This document shows positions 7,214-15,753 of a DNA stretch of 24,267 nucleotides, one piece after another (position 1 is the first letter of the stretch; each line of letters starts with the position of its first letter). The position numbers and the translations under genes are program-made. This DNA comes from an uncultured Spirochaetales bacterium. GTDB lineage: Bacteria; Spirochaetota; Spirochaetia; JABMQR01. The notes beneath the pieces were generated by a model, which saw only the letters and a program-made list of their open reading frames with translations, was not told where the DNA came from and ran no database searches. The stretch spans positions 1-24,267 of the forward strand of contig CAYSRK010000298.1 in the NCBI GenBank assembly GCA_964433385.1. The letters run 5' to 3'.

Positions 7214-9081
7214 ATACCTCCGGCCAGCGGCAGTCCAGGCGTTTCACCGTTGTTCCCGACGGTGCAAAGACGCTCCTCACGCTGCTCAATGCCCAGGGGG
7301 CGGACATACAGGCGCCCTGCGGCGGGCTTGGAGTCTGCGGAAAGTGTATCGTCCGCATACTATCAGGCTATGCGGGTGAGCCTGAGAGCGCCGAGCGGGT
7401 ACTGCTCTCCGCACAGCAGCTCTCCCAGGGGTTCAGGCTCGCCTGCAGAACCGCGGTTCACGAACCGCTGGAGGTCGAGGTTCCCCATTCCGTGGCTGAA
7501 ACTGCGGGAAAGGGGCGCTTGAGGGTACGGGGAAGCCGGGGAAGCGGTGGCGGCTGGACGGAGAAGCGGGCTGTCCTTCTTGATGAGCCGCAGCTCGGCA
7601 GCCGGGAGTCGGAGCTTGCCCGCCTGAGACGCGTTATTCCCGGGCTTTCGGCGCAGGTCGATCCTGCAGCTGTCGCTGAACTCGCTGCGGCGCTTACAGT
7701 CGGCAGAACCGTCACCGCCGTAACGGCAGCCGGTGAAGCCGGGCAGCAGCAGCTCCTCGGGTGCGAAGCCGGCGATACCTCCGGAATCCTTCTCGGCTGT
7801 GCCGTCGATATCGGGACTACCACCGTGGCTGTCTATTTGGCTGACGTCAGGAGGCAGACTGTCATCGGTTCACTGTCGCAAGCCAATCGGCAGGGCCGCT
7901 TCGGAGCTGATGTCATCTCACGGATTGATCAGTTCAGCCGCGAAGGCGGGACTGAACTGACCAGCCTCGTCCGAACCCAGGTCCGGACCATGATCGAAAC
8001 GCTCTGCAGCCGCTGCAGCGCGGAACCTCGCCAGGTATACTCCGTAGTCTGCGTAGGAAACCCCGCCATGCTGCACCTGTTCATCGGGGCTGACCCGTCC
8101 GGAATTGCCCTGGCCCCCTTCACCCCGGTTTTTACCGAACAGCTGCTGTTTCCTGCCCGCACGTTCGGGCTCGGAGTAAGCCCTGCGGCAGCGGTCTGTC
8201 TGCTGCCGGGCGTATCAGCGTATATCGGATCTGATATCACCGCAGGCATCTTCTCAAGCGGGATGGATGAGGAGGAGGGGCCTGTCATGCTTATCGATAT
8301 CGGGACAAACGGTGAAATGGTGCTTACCCGCGGTGATGCCTACTGGACCTGCTCTACCGCCGCCGGCCCGGCTTTCGAGGGGGCTCGCATTCACTGCGGC
8401 TGCGGAGGCGAGGCGGGCGCGGGTGACTCGTTCTTCCTGGATGAGGAAGGCAACTGCTTATTCACCACAATTGGGGGAGAGGCTCCAACCTGCATCTGCG
8501 GGGCAGGCCTGGTCGATATCGCAGCCGCCCTGCTGAGGGCGGGAATAGTGGACCGGCGCGGAAAGCTTCGAGGTTTCAGCGAGTGGTCAGAGCATGCCGC
8601 CGCCCCCGATGAGTATAAGCGGCGGCTCTCATCCCGCTGGACCGAATACCAGGGCAAGGCGGCATGGACTGTAGTTCCTGAAACCGGGATCATCATTACC
8701 CAGAAGGATATCCGTGAGCTGCAGCTCGCCAAGGCAGCGATTGCCGCCGGCATCGAGATACTGCTCAAGGAGGCGGGTATAGAACCTGAATTGCTGCAGA
8801 AGCTGTACATAGCCGGCGGGCTCGGAAGCTCTATTCGCAGGGAGAGTGCCGCATCGATCGGGCTCTTTCCCGCCGGCCTGCTGGAGAGAACCGCAGCGCT
8901 CGGCAGCTCAGCCGGTTCGGGCGCGGTCTCAGCGCTCCTTGATCCCGGTTCCTTCTCCCAAAGTTACTTCCGCTGCTCCGCTGCAGCCTATATCGAACTC
9001 TCGGCCCGTCCCGATTTCTCCCGGATCTTTGCCCAAAGCATGTTCTTCCCGCCGCAGGAGCCGGAGGCTACTCCGGCATAA
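7210..9081 (+). CDS. ASKHA-type ATP-dependent corrinoid reductive activase (RACo/DUF4445) with an N-terminal [2Fe-2S] domain
   Basis: APCGGLGVCGKC...RLAC; VDIGTTTV; IDIGTNGE; STAAGPAFEG; ITQKDIRELQLAKAAI; ATGA overlap with mttB. Confidence 0.92.
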   Translation: MNTSGQRQSRRFTVVPDGAKTLLTLLNAQGADIQAPCGGLGVCGKCIVRILSGYAGEPESAERVLLSAQQLSQGFRLACRTAVHEPLEVEVPHSVAETAGKGRLRVRGSRGSGGGWTEKRAVLLDEPQLGSRESELARLRRVIPGLSAQVDPAAVAELAAALTVGRTVTAVTAAGEAGQQQLLGCEAGDTSGILLGCAVDIGTTTVAVYLADVRRQTVIGSLSQANRQGRFGADVISRIDQFSREGGTELTSLVRTQVRTMIETLCSRCSAEPRQVYSVVCVGNPAMLHLFIGADPSGIALAPFTPVFTEQLLFPARTFGLGVSPAAAVCLLPGVSAYIGSDITAGIFSSGMDEEEGPVMLIDIGTNGEMVLTRGDAYWTCSTAAGPAFEGARIHCGCGGEAGAGDSFFLDEEGNCLFTTIGGEAPTCICGAGLVDIAAALLRAGIVDRRGKLRGFSEWSEHAAAPDEYKRRLSSRWTEYQGKAAWTVVPETGIIITQKDIRELQLAKAAIAAGIEILLKEAGIEPELLQKLYIAGGLGSSIRRESAASIGLFPAGLLERTAALGSSAGSGAVSALLDPGSFSQSYFRCSAAAYIELSARPDFSRIFAQSMFFPPQEPEATPA

Positions 9082-10423
9082 CGGCGTCTATGCGCTCCTG
9101 AAGCGCCTCCCGGCTGGGAATGATGGAGGAGAAGGCGAGCTCTCCGTTGATATAGATGCTCGGCAGCTGCGTCACCCGCATCTTCTGTGCCCTGACGATA
9201 TTCTCCATCGAAGCAGAAGCCTTGTACTCCACTACATCGATACGGTCACCGTAGGTCTCCTTCGCATCCATGGCAGACTGGTACATGTAGGTGCAGGCGG
9301 CGCAGGTGACTGAATCTATGGTGAAGACCTCGATAAGCGGACGTTCAAGAGCACCGTAGTCGGGCAGGCTCACCGCAATATCCTGACTCTGCCGCTCGTA
9401 CCCGGCGATCAGGCGGCGGGTCTGCTCAGTTTGGTGAACCGCCTGTTCGCAGCCGACGCAGTTTTCCACAGGGGTATCGTAGGGCATATCGCACCCGGGG
9501 GAGATGATCAGATTCCGATGGTCTACGGCGTCGAGCTCATCAATGACGACTTTCATATTGTCCTGCTGGCTGCCGAAGAGCATGACTGAGGCGAGCGGGA
9601 TATTGCCGCCGAGGACGACGTTATAGCGGTCGGTTACCGCTTTGGTCGCGGCGAAATCGAGGTTTTCATCCACGGAAATACCGTCAGGCTCGGTTCTGCA
9701 CATGACTTCTATGTTTTTCGTCGCATCCCCGCAGACGAAGAAGCTGGAAAACCGTCCGAGTTCCCGGATACGGGAGTGGAGCTTCAGGTAGGGTTCGTGC
9801 ATGAACTGGGTGAAGTGCTTCGGCGATATCTGGGAAATAAGCGGATCAACCGGGGCAAGAATGTCGGCGCCGGCTTCAGCGTAGTACTCTGCCATAGCGA
9901 CGGCAATCTCTGTGGTCCAGCTGAGCAGCCGGGTCACATAATCGGGGTCCTTGATGAAATCCATGAAGATGTTCGTTCCCCGCAGGTGGGAGGCAAGGGT
10001 AAAGGGACCGCAGAAGAGACCGTAGATGGCCGTCGTGTCCCCGACTGCCTCGCTGAGCGCTTTTGCAGCAGCAAGGGCAAGCGGAATGCGCCCGGCCTCC
10101 CGGCTTGGGATACTGTCCGGAATATCCTTGCCGGAGGAGAGCGGATGGGTGGTCACTGTGGCAGGGGAGTCCTTTGCCCACATGAGATCACAGCCGAGAG
10201 CCTCTGCTTCGATCTGCAGATCAAACATGACCGTCTGTCCGTCAGGCCTGTAAAGCTGGTGCGCCTTCAGCAGCGCCCGGTTCAGGGTCTCAAGTTTTGT
10301 GTAGACCTCCTGCGCATCGGCGCCGATCAGTTTTCCGGCATGCACGCCGGCAAACGGTACCCAGGGAACTGCATCGGCCTGTTCATGTCTGAATACCGCA
10401 TATATACGTTCCTTTCCTGTCAT
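9068..10423 (-). CDS. MtaA/CmuA (uroporphyrinogen decarboxylase fold) methyltransferase-family protein fused to a C-terminal thioredoxin-like domain
   Basis: UroD-fold motifs FDLQIEAEALG, GPFTLASHLRG, FFVCG, GGNIP, ISPGCDMPYDTPVEN. The last ~100 aa read EVFTIDSVTCAAC...VTQLPSIYING, a thioredoxin/glutaredoxin pattern with CxxC and cis-Pro. RBS AAGGAG. Confidence 0.85.
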   Translation of the reverse strand: MTGKERIYAVFRHEQADAVPWVPFAGVHAGKLIGADAQEVYTKLETLNRALLKAHQLYRPDGQTVMFDLQIEAEALGCDLMWAKDSPATVTTHPLSSGKDIPDSIPSREAGRIPLALAAAKALSEAVGDTTAIYGLFCGPFTLASHLRGTNIFMDFIKDPDYVTRLLSWTTEIAVAMAEYYAEAGADILAPVDPLISQISPKHFTQFMHEPYLKLHSRIRELGRFSSFFVCGDATKNIEVMCRTEPDGISVDENLDFAATKAVTDRYNVVLGGNIPLASVMLFGSQQDNMKVVIDELDAVDHRNLIISPGCDMPYDTPVENCVGCEQAVHQTEQTRRLIAGYERQSQDIAVSLPDYGALERPLIEVFTIDSVTCAACTYMYQSAMDAKETYGDRIDVVEYKASASMENIVRAQKMRVTQLPSIYINGELAFSSIIPSREALQERIDAVMPE

Positions 10424-10479
10424 CTTCTGCTCCTTGTACTGCTGTTCCTACAGGCAGTGTACGGCATCTGGGGGAAAAA

Positions 10480-10493
10480 TGCAAGCGTTTGTA
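10480..10493. promoter_or_regulatory. LacI-type operator O4, upstream of the MtaA-like gene
   Basis: TGCAAGCGTTTGTA, matching O1 and O3. Confidence 0.65.
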
Positions 10494-10555
10494 TTAATGT
10501 TCAGCAAAATAGTCAGATTAGTATTATCGGGGTGCAGTAATGAATTGTTTCTTAC

Positions 10556-10569
10556 ATCAATCGATTGTA
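10556..10569. promoter_or_regulatory. LacI-type operator-like site O5
   Basis: ATCAATCGATTGTA with a perfect core CAATCGATTG. Confidence 0.5.
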
Positions 10570-10570
10570 A

Positions 10571-11122
10571 TTATACGGACTGCGGCGGCTGAGGGGTGAG
10601 CAGTTTTTCAAAGAGTCCTGATATGACTTCAGTTACTGCCTCCTGTGAAGGGTCGGTACGGAATCCTCCCGCCTCCCGGTAGGCCCGGTCGGGAGTGAGC
10701 CCGCCTTTGATCGCGTTGACCTGGCGAGTGAACGCCTGATCCTCCCCGAGAATGTGGGTAATCAGCCAGCTTGATAGGAATGCGAGTACGTCGACCATGC
10801 CGTTTCCTTGACCGCTGCGCAGAGAGTGGAAGCAGATGTCGATTTTCCTGATGAAACTGAGGTGGGCAGCCTTATGCCGGGAGGCTGACTGCACGGCGAT
10901 ATCGAGAAGATCCATCCACTCCTCTTCGGTTCTGAAGTGGGTATCGGCAAACTCTGTGAGCCGCTCCCGCAGCTTCTCCGTCTGAGAAGCGGAGGAACTG
11001 CTGCCGGATGCAGCAAGGCCTGCTGCATCATTGAGGATCTCTATGAGGCTCCGGTGCTGCGCATCAACTAAGGCTATCCCTGTTTCCAGAACAGGATTCC
11101 AGCTGATAATCTCTTTAGTCAT
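10571..11122 (-). CDS. Bacteriohemerythrin (stand-alone)
   Basis: W...ETGIALVDAQH; THFRTEE (HxxxE); HKAAH (HxxxH); WLITHILGED (HxxxxD). All di-iron ligands are present. 8-bp overlap with the kinase stop. Confidence 0.92.
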   Translation of the reverse strand: MTKEIISWNPVLETGIALVDAQHRSLIEILNDAAGLAASGSSSSASQTEKLRERLTEFADTHFRTEEEWMDLLDIAVQSASRHKAAHLSFIRKIDICFHSLRSGQGNGMVDVLAFLSSWLITHILGEDQAFTRQVNAIKGGLTPDRAYREAGGFRTDPSQEAVTEVISGLFEKLLTPQPPQSV

Positions 11123-14100
11123 GACTCTCGTACTCCCCTGAGGATTTCCGTATCAGATTCTGCACAAGATCAACCGCCTTCTGATATTCATACCGGCTCA
11201 GCGCCCTGCCCAATGAGGAGGCGGCGCTGCCGAAGAGTGCGCTGAACAGGGTGCTGTTTTCTTCAAAAACCGCATTGGAGGAGGTGTCGTTTTTTTCCAG
11301 CAGCGCCACGAAGCGGCTGAGCAGCGGCTGGTGCTCCTCTATCAGGTGCGGGTCACCCTGAGCGGCAGGGGTAGCCGGCTGCTCGAGCGGGGGAGGCAGT
11401 ATCGGCGCCAGGGAGGCGACCATCCGGTTGAAATCAGCGATGAAGCCAAAGACAAGCGGAGAGAGCTCCTCCGCCTCGGCACCGCCAGCGATACTGTTCT
11501 CAAGCACCCCCGCAGCTTCCGAAAGCACACGCATGCCCAGGGTCCCGGTGAGCGATCTCAGGTTGTGCACAAACCCGCGCAGGGAGGGGTAATCTCCCTC
11601 CCTGAAAGAGGCCTCCATCAGTTCCCCGTCTTTTTCGTGTTTCCTGAAGAACTGCTCGACCATTTTGCGGTAAAGCTGGGCATCTACCATCAGATACTTG
11701 AGGCCGCAGACGGTATCTATACCGGGAATCTGCTGCAGCCGGGAGAGAAGTTCCCCGGCAGGCTCAGGGTTCGCCGCGGTCGGTTCTGGGTCAGATGCCG
11801 CTTCAGCAGTCTTTTCCTTCAGGGGATCGGCAGCAGGAAGCCAGGCAAGAAGCCGTTCGTAGAGAACCTCCGGTTCCACTGGTTTGCTGATGTGATCGTT
11901 AAGACCGGCATGTATGCTCTCCTGCATATCTTCGGAGAATGCCTGAGCTGTCATGGCAAGAATGGGAACCGAATCCCAGCCCGGAAGGGTGCGGATGATC
12001 TTTGTCGCTTCATACCCGTTTATTCCCGGCATCCTGATATCCATGAGCACCAGGTCGTAGCGCTTAGCCCTTGCCAGTTCAACGGCCTCACGTCCGTTGG
12101 ATGCCACATCGGGCCGTATGCCGGCACCCCGCAGAAGCTGGCAGGCAAGTTCCTGGTTGATCTCATTGTCTTCGACCAAGAGCACTGACACGTTCCCGGC
12201 GGCTGCTTTCAGCCGCTCCGCCATGCGGTGTTCCCGACCGTCCTTATCCTGCTCCTCCGCGCTCTGCTCAGGGAGCACTCCCTCACGGCGTCGGGTTTCA
12301 ACGGAGCGTTCGGGCGGCAGGGGAAGGGTGAAAGGAATTTCCAGGATAAACTCCGAACCGGCGCCCTCCACGCTCTCGACGGTTATGGATCCGCCCATTA
12401 TCTCCGCCAGTCGCCTGCTGATGGCAAGCCCGAGTCCGGTTCCCCCGTAGCGGCGCGAGGCGGAGCTGTCACCCTGCTCGAAGGCCTGAAACAGGGTCTT
12501 AACGATATCAGGGGAAATGCCGATGCCCGTATCCTGTACACTGAACTGCAGCAGGATACGCTCCTTATCCTGTGAGAGAACCCGGCCTTTCACCCGTACA
12601 CTGCCGGCATCGGTGAATTTCACAGCATTTGAGACGAGGTTGAGCAGTATCTGGGAGAACCTTCGCCCGTCTCCGACAACCGCTTTCGGGATGCTGAGCG
12701 TGCTGGCCGAGAGATCGAGACCCTTCAGGTGGGCCTGTTCGGAAACGATTTCCAGGACCCGGCTGACTGTTTCGGCGGGATTGAAGCTCTCCTCAATCAG
12801 GGTCATCTTGTCGGCGTCGATTTTTGAGACATCAAGGATGTCATTGATGACTTTCAGGAGGGGAGCAGCGGAGCTGAGCAGCTTCTTGAGCTTCTCCCCC
12901 TGGCTCACAGGCAGCGGATCCTGCTGCATCAGGTAGGCGTATCCGAGAACAGCGTTCATCGGGGTACGGATCTCATGGCTCATGTTGGCCAGGAAGGTGC
13001 TTTTCGCCCTGTTCGCAGACTCGGCCTTCTCCCTTGCCCGTTCGAGCTCCCTCGTACGTGAGGCAACTATCTCCTCAAGGTGGAGCCGGTACTCATCAAG
13101 CGTGCGGGTGGTTTCCATGACGTCAGTTATGTCATGAATGATCCCCAGGACAGCCTCAGGAGTCCCTTCATCGTCAAACTGCGACTCGCCCTGCAGTTCC
13201 GCCCAGCGGGTATGCTCTCCCTGGAAAAAACGGCTGGTTATCTTGAACGGGACCCCGCCGAGAGCTCCCTCCCAAGCCCGGACGAGAGCGGGCAGGTCTT
13301 CCGGGTGGATGTAACGCGGGAAGAGGTCGGCATGGATTTCCCGCTGCCGCGGGATGCGGAATATATTCCGCGCTTCTTCAGATATGAAAAGCGTATCTTC
13401 CTTGATATCGTAGTACCAGTGTCCCGTGTGAGAAATTGCCTGCGCCCGCTCGAGAAACTTCTCATTGCGGCGCAGCGCTTCAACAGCGGTCTGCCGCTCG
13501 CGGTTGAGCAGCACTATGCTGATCTGGTCGGCAAACTGTCCGGCGAAGGTCTTCTCATCATCCTTCCACACTCTCTGGGATTCGAGGGTCGAGAGGATGA
13601 ACACCCCCCTCAGCCTGCCGCCGAAGGCTATCGCTGAGAAGAGCACCGAAGAGATTCCCTGGGAGAGTAAAAAATGGTTCTTGAAGGTTTCGTTCATGCC
13701 GGTGAAGCGGGGGATGTCTGTAACGGCGATCGTCCTGTTCTCGATGAGCGAGTCGAAATTGATGGAGAAAGTATCAAGCTTGACATCGGGAAGGCTTCTG
13801 TGCAGGGCATTCCGCGGTTCATAGATGTCGCTGCAGACGGCGCTGCGATTGTCTTCGCTGAACATCCAGATCGAAATCCGGTCAACGGCAAAGACCTCGG
13901 CGAGCATCTCGGTCAGCTTCGGGGAGATGGTGCCGCCTGGCCTGTTTTCACGTTCGGCCTCAGCAACCGCGGCAAGTATTTTCGGATAGGTCTTAAGCCT
14001 TCTGAGGTAGGCTGCCTGCTCCCTCTCCTGCCGCTCCGTTCTGGTGATATCACGCCAGGTGGCGTGTATCAGGAGGTTTCCGTGATGCATGATCGGCTGG

Positions 14101-15548
14101 ACTGCGACATTCACGATCCGCAGCCTGCCGTTTTTTGTCCGGTGACGGGTCTTGAATGCCTGTAAGCGGCCCTCAGGAATCGCTTCAAGGTGCTTCCTGA
14201 CCTCATCCGGGGACTGAAGAGCGTCCACGTCTTTAATGCAAAGCCGCAGGAACTCCTTCCGGGTGTATCCAAGCCGCCGGCACGCATTTTCGTTGCAGTC
14301 GATAAACCGGCCTGTTTCCGGTTCCATGAGAGCAATGGAATCCCGCGATAACTGGTAGATTGTATTCAGCAGCAGCTCCCGTTCCTTGAGACTCTCCAAG
14401 GCCGCCTTCCGTTCGATCACAGCAGCAATCCCATCGGTGATTGCGACAAGCAGCTCAAGCTCCTCCGGCAGGAGGAGCTCCCGATGCCTGTCGGTTCTCC
14501 CTTCTGCTGCGGACACGGCGACGGTGAGCGTCTTCCCGGTGGCGGGTCTGCGTTCAGCCGAATAGAGCACAGCTGAGGCATCGAAGCCGGCAGTACGGTT
14601 TTGTCTGTGCGCATAGGATATTTGCGCTTCCAGTTCCGAGGGCTTGCACAGCCCGTCATGCAGGGCTTCAAGCGCTGCCGAACAGAGTTCATCCAGGGAA
14701 CGCTCAACCTGGGCAGAAGCCATGAAACGGTACAAGGCTTCCTGGCGAACGATATGGCGCTTCAGCATGAGCTGCTCATCCTCGAGCGCCGCCTTGGTCC
14801 GCTTCAGTTCATCAATATCGCTGATGCTGGCAATGACCGCCCTCTGCCCTTCGTAGGTGATGATTGAAGCGGTTATCAGGAGCCAACGCCATGAGGCATC
14901 AGCAGAATGATAGTGTATTTCCCAATTGACCACCCGCTGTTTCCGCTCAAGATTCTCTAAAAGTGCGATGATCTGCGGATTGCTTCGAATCTGTTCAACC
15001 AGATTCGCATAGACATCAGGAGCCGATACGTGAAATGTCTCCTCGCACTGCCTGTTCATGTAGAGGGGTTTTCCGTCCTCAAGGCTGATGATCAGGATCG
15101 GGAAGGGGGCTGTGTCAAGCAGGTCTTGCTGCCTCCGCTCACTGTCGCTGAGTTTTCTGTTTGCGGTGACAATGTCGGTAACATTCCTTACAAGCGCATA
15201 GACCAGCCCTGAGGGGGCATGGGCATGCATCCTTGCCTCGTAGTGACGCTCCTCCCCATCCTTGGGAAGGGTATAGTTGAAGCTGACGGTTTCATTGCCC
15301 TGCAGAGCACGTTCAAAACTGTCGACAAACGTCTCCCTGAGATGGGACAGCAGGATGCTCTCCAACGGTCTGTTGAGAAAGCTGTCCGGATCCGTGAAGA
15401 GCTGTGAGGCATCCCGTGCGCGGTAATCGATGATCCTGCGCTGCCGGTCGAGAACGAAAAAGAGGTCGGGAATCAGGGTGAACAGGTTCTCAAACATGGC
15501 GACGGACGCCCCGGACTGTTCTCGATCTTTACTGCCTTCAGAACTCAT
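11115..15548 (-). CDS. Cytoplasmic hybrid sensor histidine kinase (about 4 PAS/PAC + GAF, HisKA, HATPase, REC, Hpt)
   Basis: H-box FLANMSHEIRTPMN; N-box QILLNLVSNAVKFT; G1 DTGIGI; G2 GGTGLGLAIS; REC LLVEDNEINQ...LMDIRMP...KP; Hpt VHNLRSLTGTLG; no obvious TM helix. Confidence 0.93.
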   Translation of the reverse strand: MSSEGSKDREQSGASVAMFENLFTLIPDLFFVLDRQRRIIDYRARDASQLFTDPDSFLNRPLESILLSHLRETFVDSFERALQGNETVSFNYTLPKDGEERHYEARMHAHAPSGLVYALVRNVTDIVTANRKLSDSERRQQDLLDTAPFPILIISLEDGKPLYMNRQCEETFHVSAPDVYANLVEQIRSNPQIIALLENLERKQRVVNWEIHYHSADASWRWLLITASIITYEGQRAVIASISDIDELKRTKAALEDEQLMLKRHIVRQEALYRFMASAQVERSLDELCSAALEALHDGLCKPSELEAQISYAHRQNRTAGFDASAVLYSAERRPATGKTLTVAVSAAEGRTDRHRELLLPEELELLVAITDGIAAVIERKAALESLKERELLLNTIYQLSRDSIALMEPETGRFIDCNENACRRLGYTRKEFLRLCIKDVDALQSPDEVRKHLEAIPEGRLQAFKTRHRTKNGRLRIVNVAVQPIMHHGNLLIHATWRDITRTERQEREQAAYLRRLKTYPKILAAVAEAERENRPGGTISPKLTEMLAEVFAVDRISIWMFSEDNRSAVCSDIYEPRNALHRSLPDVKLDTFSINFDSLIENRTIAVTDIPRFTGMNETFKNHFLLSQGISSVLFSAIAFGGRLRGVFILSTLESQRVWKDDEKTFAGQFADQISIVLLNRERQTAVEALRRNEKFLERAQAISHTGHWYYDIKEDTLFISEEARNIFRIPRQREIHADLFPRYIHPEDLPALVRAWEGALGGVPFKITSRFFQGEHTRWAELQGESQFDDEGTPEAVLGIIHDITDVMETTRTLDEYRLHLEEIVASRTRELERAREKAESANRAKSTFLANMSHEIRTPMNAVLGYAYLMQQDPLPVSQGEKLKKLLSSAAPLLKVINDILDVSKIDADKMTLIEESFNPAETVSRVLEIVSEQAHLKGLDLSASTLSIPKAVVGDGRRFSQILLNLVSNAVKFTDAGSVRVKGRVLSQDKERILLQFSVQDTGIGISPDIVKTLFQAFEQGDSSASRRYGGTGLGLAISRRLAEIMGGSITVESVEGAGSEFILEIPFTLPLPPERSVETRRREGVLPEQSAEEQDKDGREHRMAERLKAAAGNVSVLLVEDNEINQELACQLLRGAGIRPDVASNGREAVELARAKRYDLVLMDIRMPGINGYEATKIIRTLPGWDSVPILAMTAQAFSEDMQESIHAGLNDHISKPVEPEVLYERLLAWLPAADPLKEKTAEAASDPEPTAANPEPAGELLSRLQQIPGIDTVCGLKYLMVDAQLYRKMVEQFFRKHEKDGELMEASFREGDYPSLRGFVHNLRSLTGTLGMRVLSEAAGVLENSIAGGAEAEELSPLVFGFIADFNRMVASLAPILPPPLEQPATPAAQGDPHLIEEHQPLLSRFVALLEKNDTSSNAVFEENSTLFSALFGSAASSLGRALSRYEYQKAVDLVQNLIRKSSGEYESHD

Positions 15549-15612
15549 GCACTGTTCTCCCTATCAGAAAATCCGGCAGCCGGAGCGGTCAGGCAGCCTT
15601 GGATACTCTGCA

Positions 15613-15641
15613 ATTATGACAAAAATTCCCTGTGCATGCAA
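15613..15641 (-). promoter_or_regulatory. Predicted promoter of the kinase-hemerythrin operon
   Basis: Minus strand TTGCAT-N17-CATAAT with an extended -10 (TGn). Confidence 0.6.
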
Positions 15642-15689
15642 TGATATCCTTGTCCGCTTCCTGGCAGCCGTGGCGGCCAAGTCGGGTAC

Positions 15690-15718
15690 TGGAATGAAAT
15701 TCTCCGCCTTGGTATGAT
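15690..15718 (+). promoter_or_regulatory. Predicted extended -10 promoter of the adenosyltransferase
   Basis: TGGAAT-N17-TATGAT preceded by TGn; the -35 is weak. Confidence 0.4.
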
Positions 15719-15753
15719 GGCTGCATCCTACTGAGAGAATGCGGGGAGAGCGT

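Noticed and set aside
9068-10423. Uroporphyrinogen decarboxylase (hemE)
   Set aside because: The corrinoid-methyltransferase context, Cys motifs of the MtaA type and the Trx fusion argue for the methyltransferase branch of the fold.
10494-10555. Exact promoter of the MtaA-Trx gene
   Set aside because: The region is AT-rich with several weak candidates (for example CTGACT-N17-TACAAA), none good enough to call.
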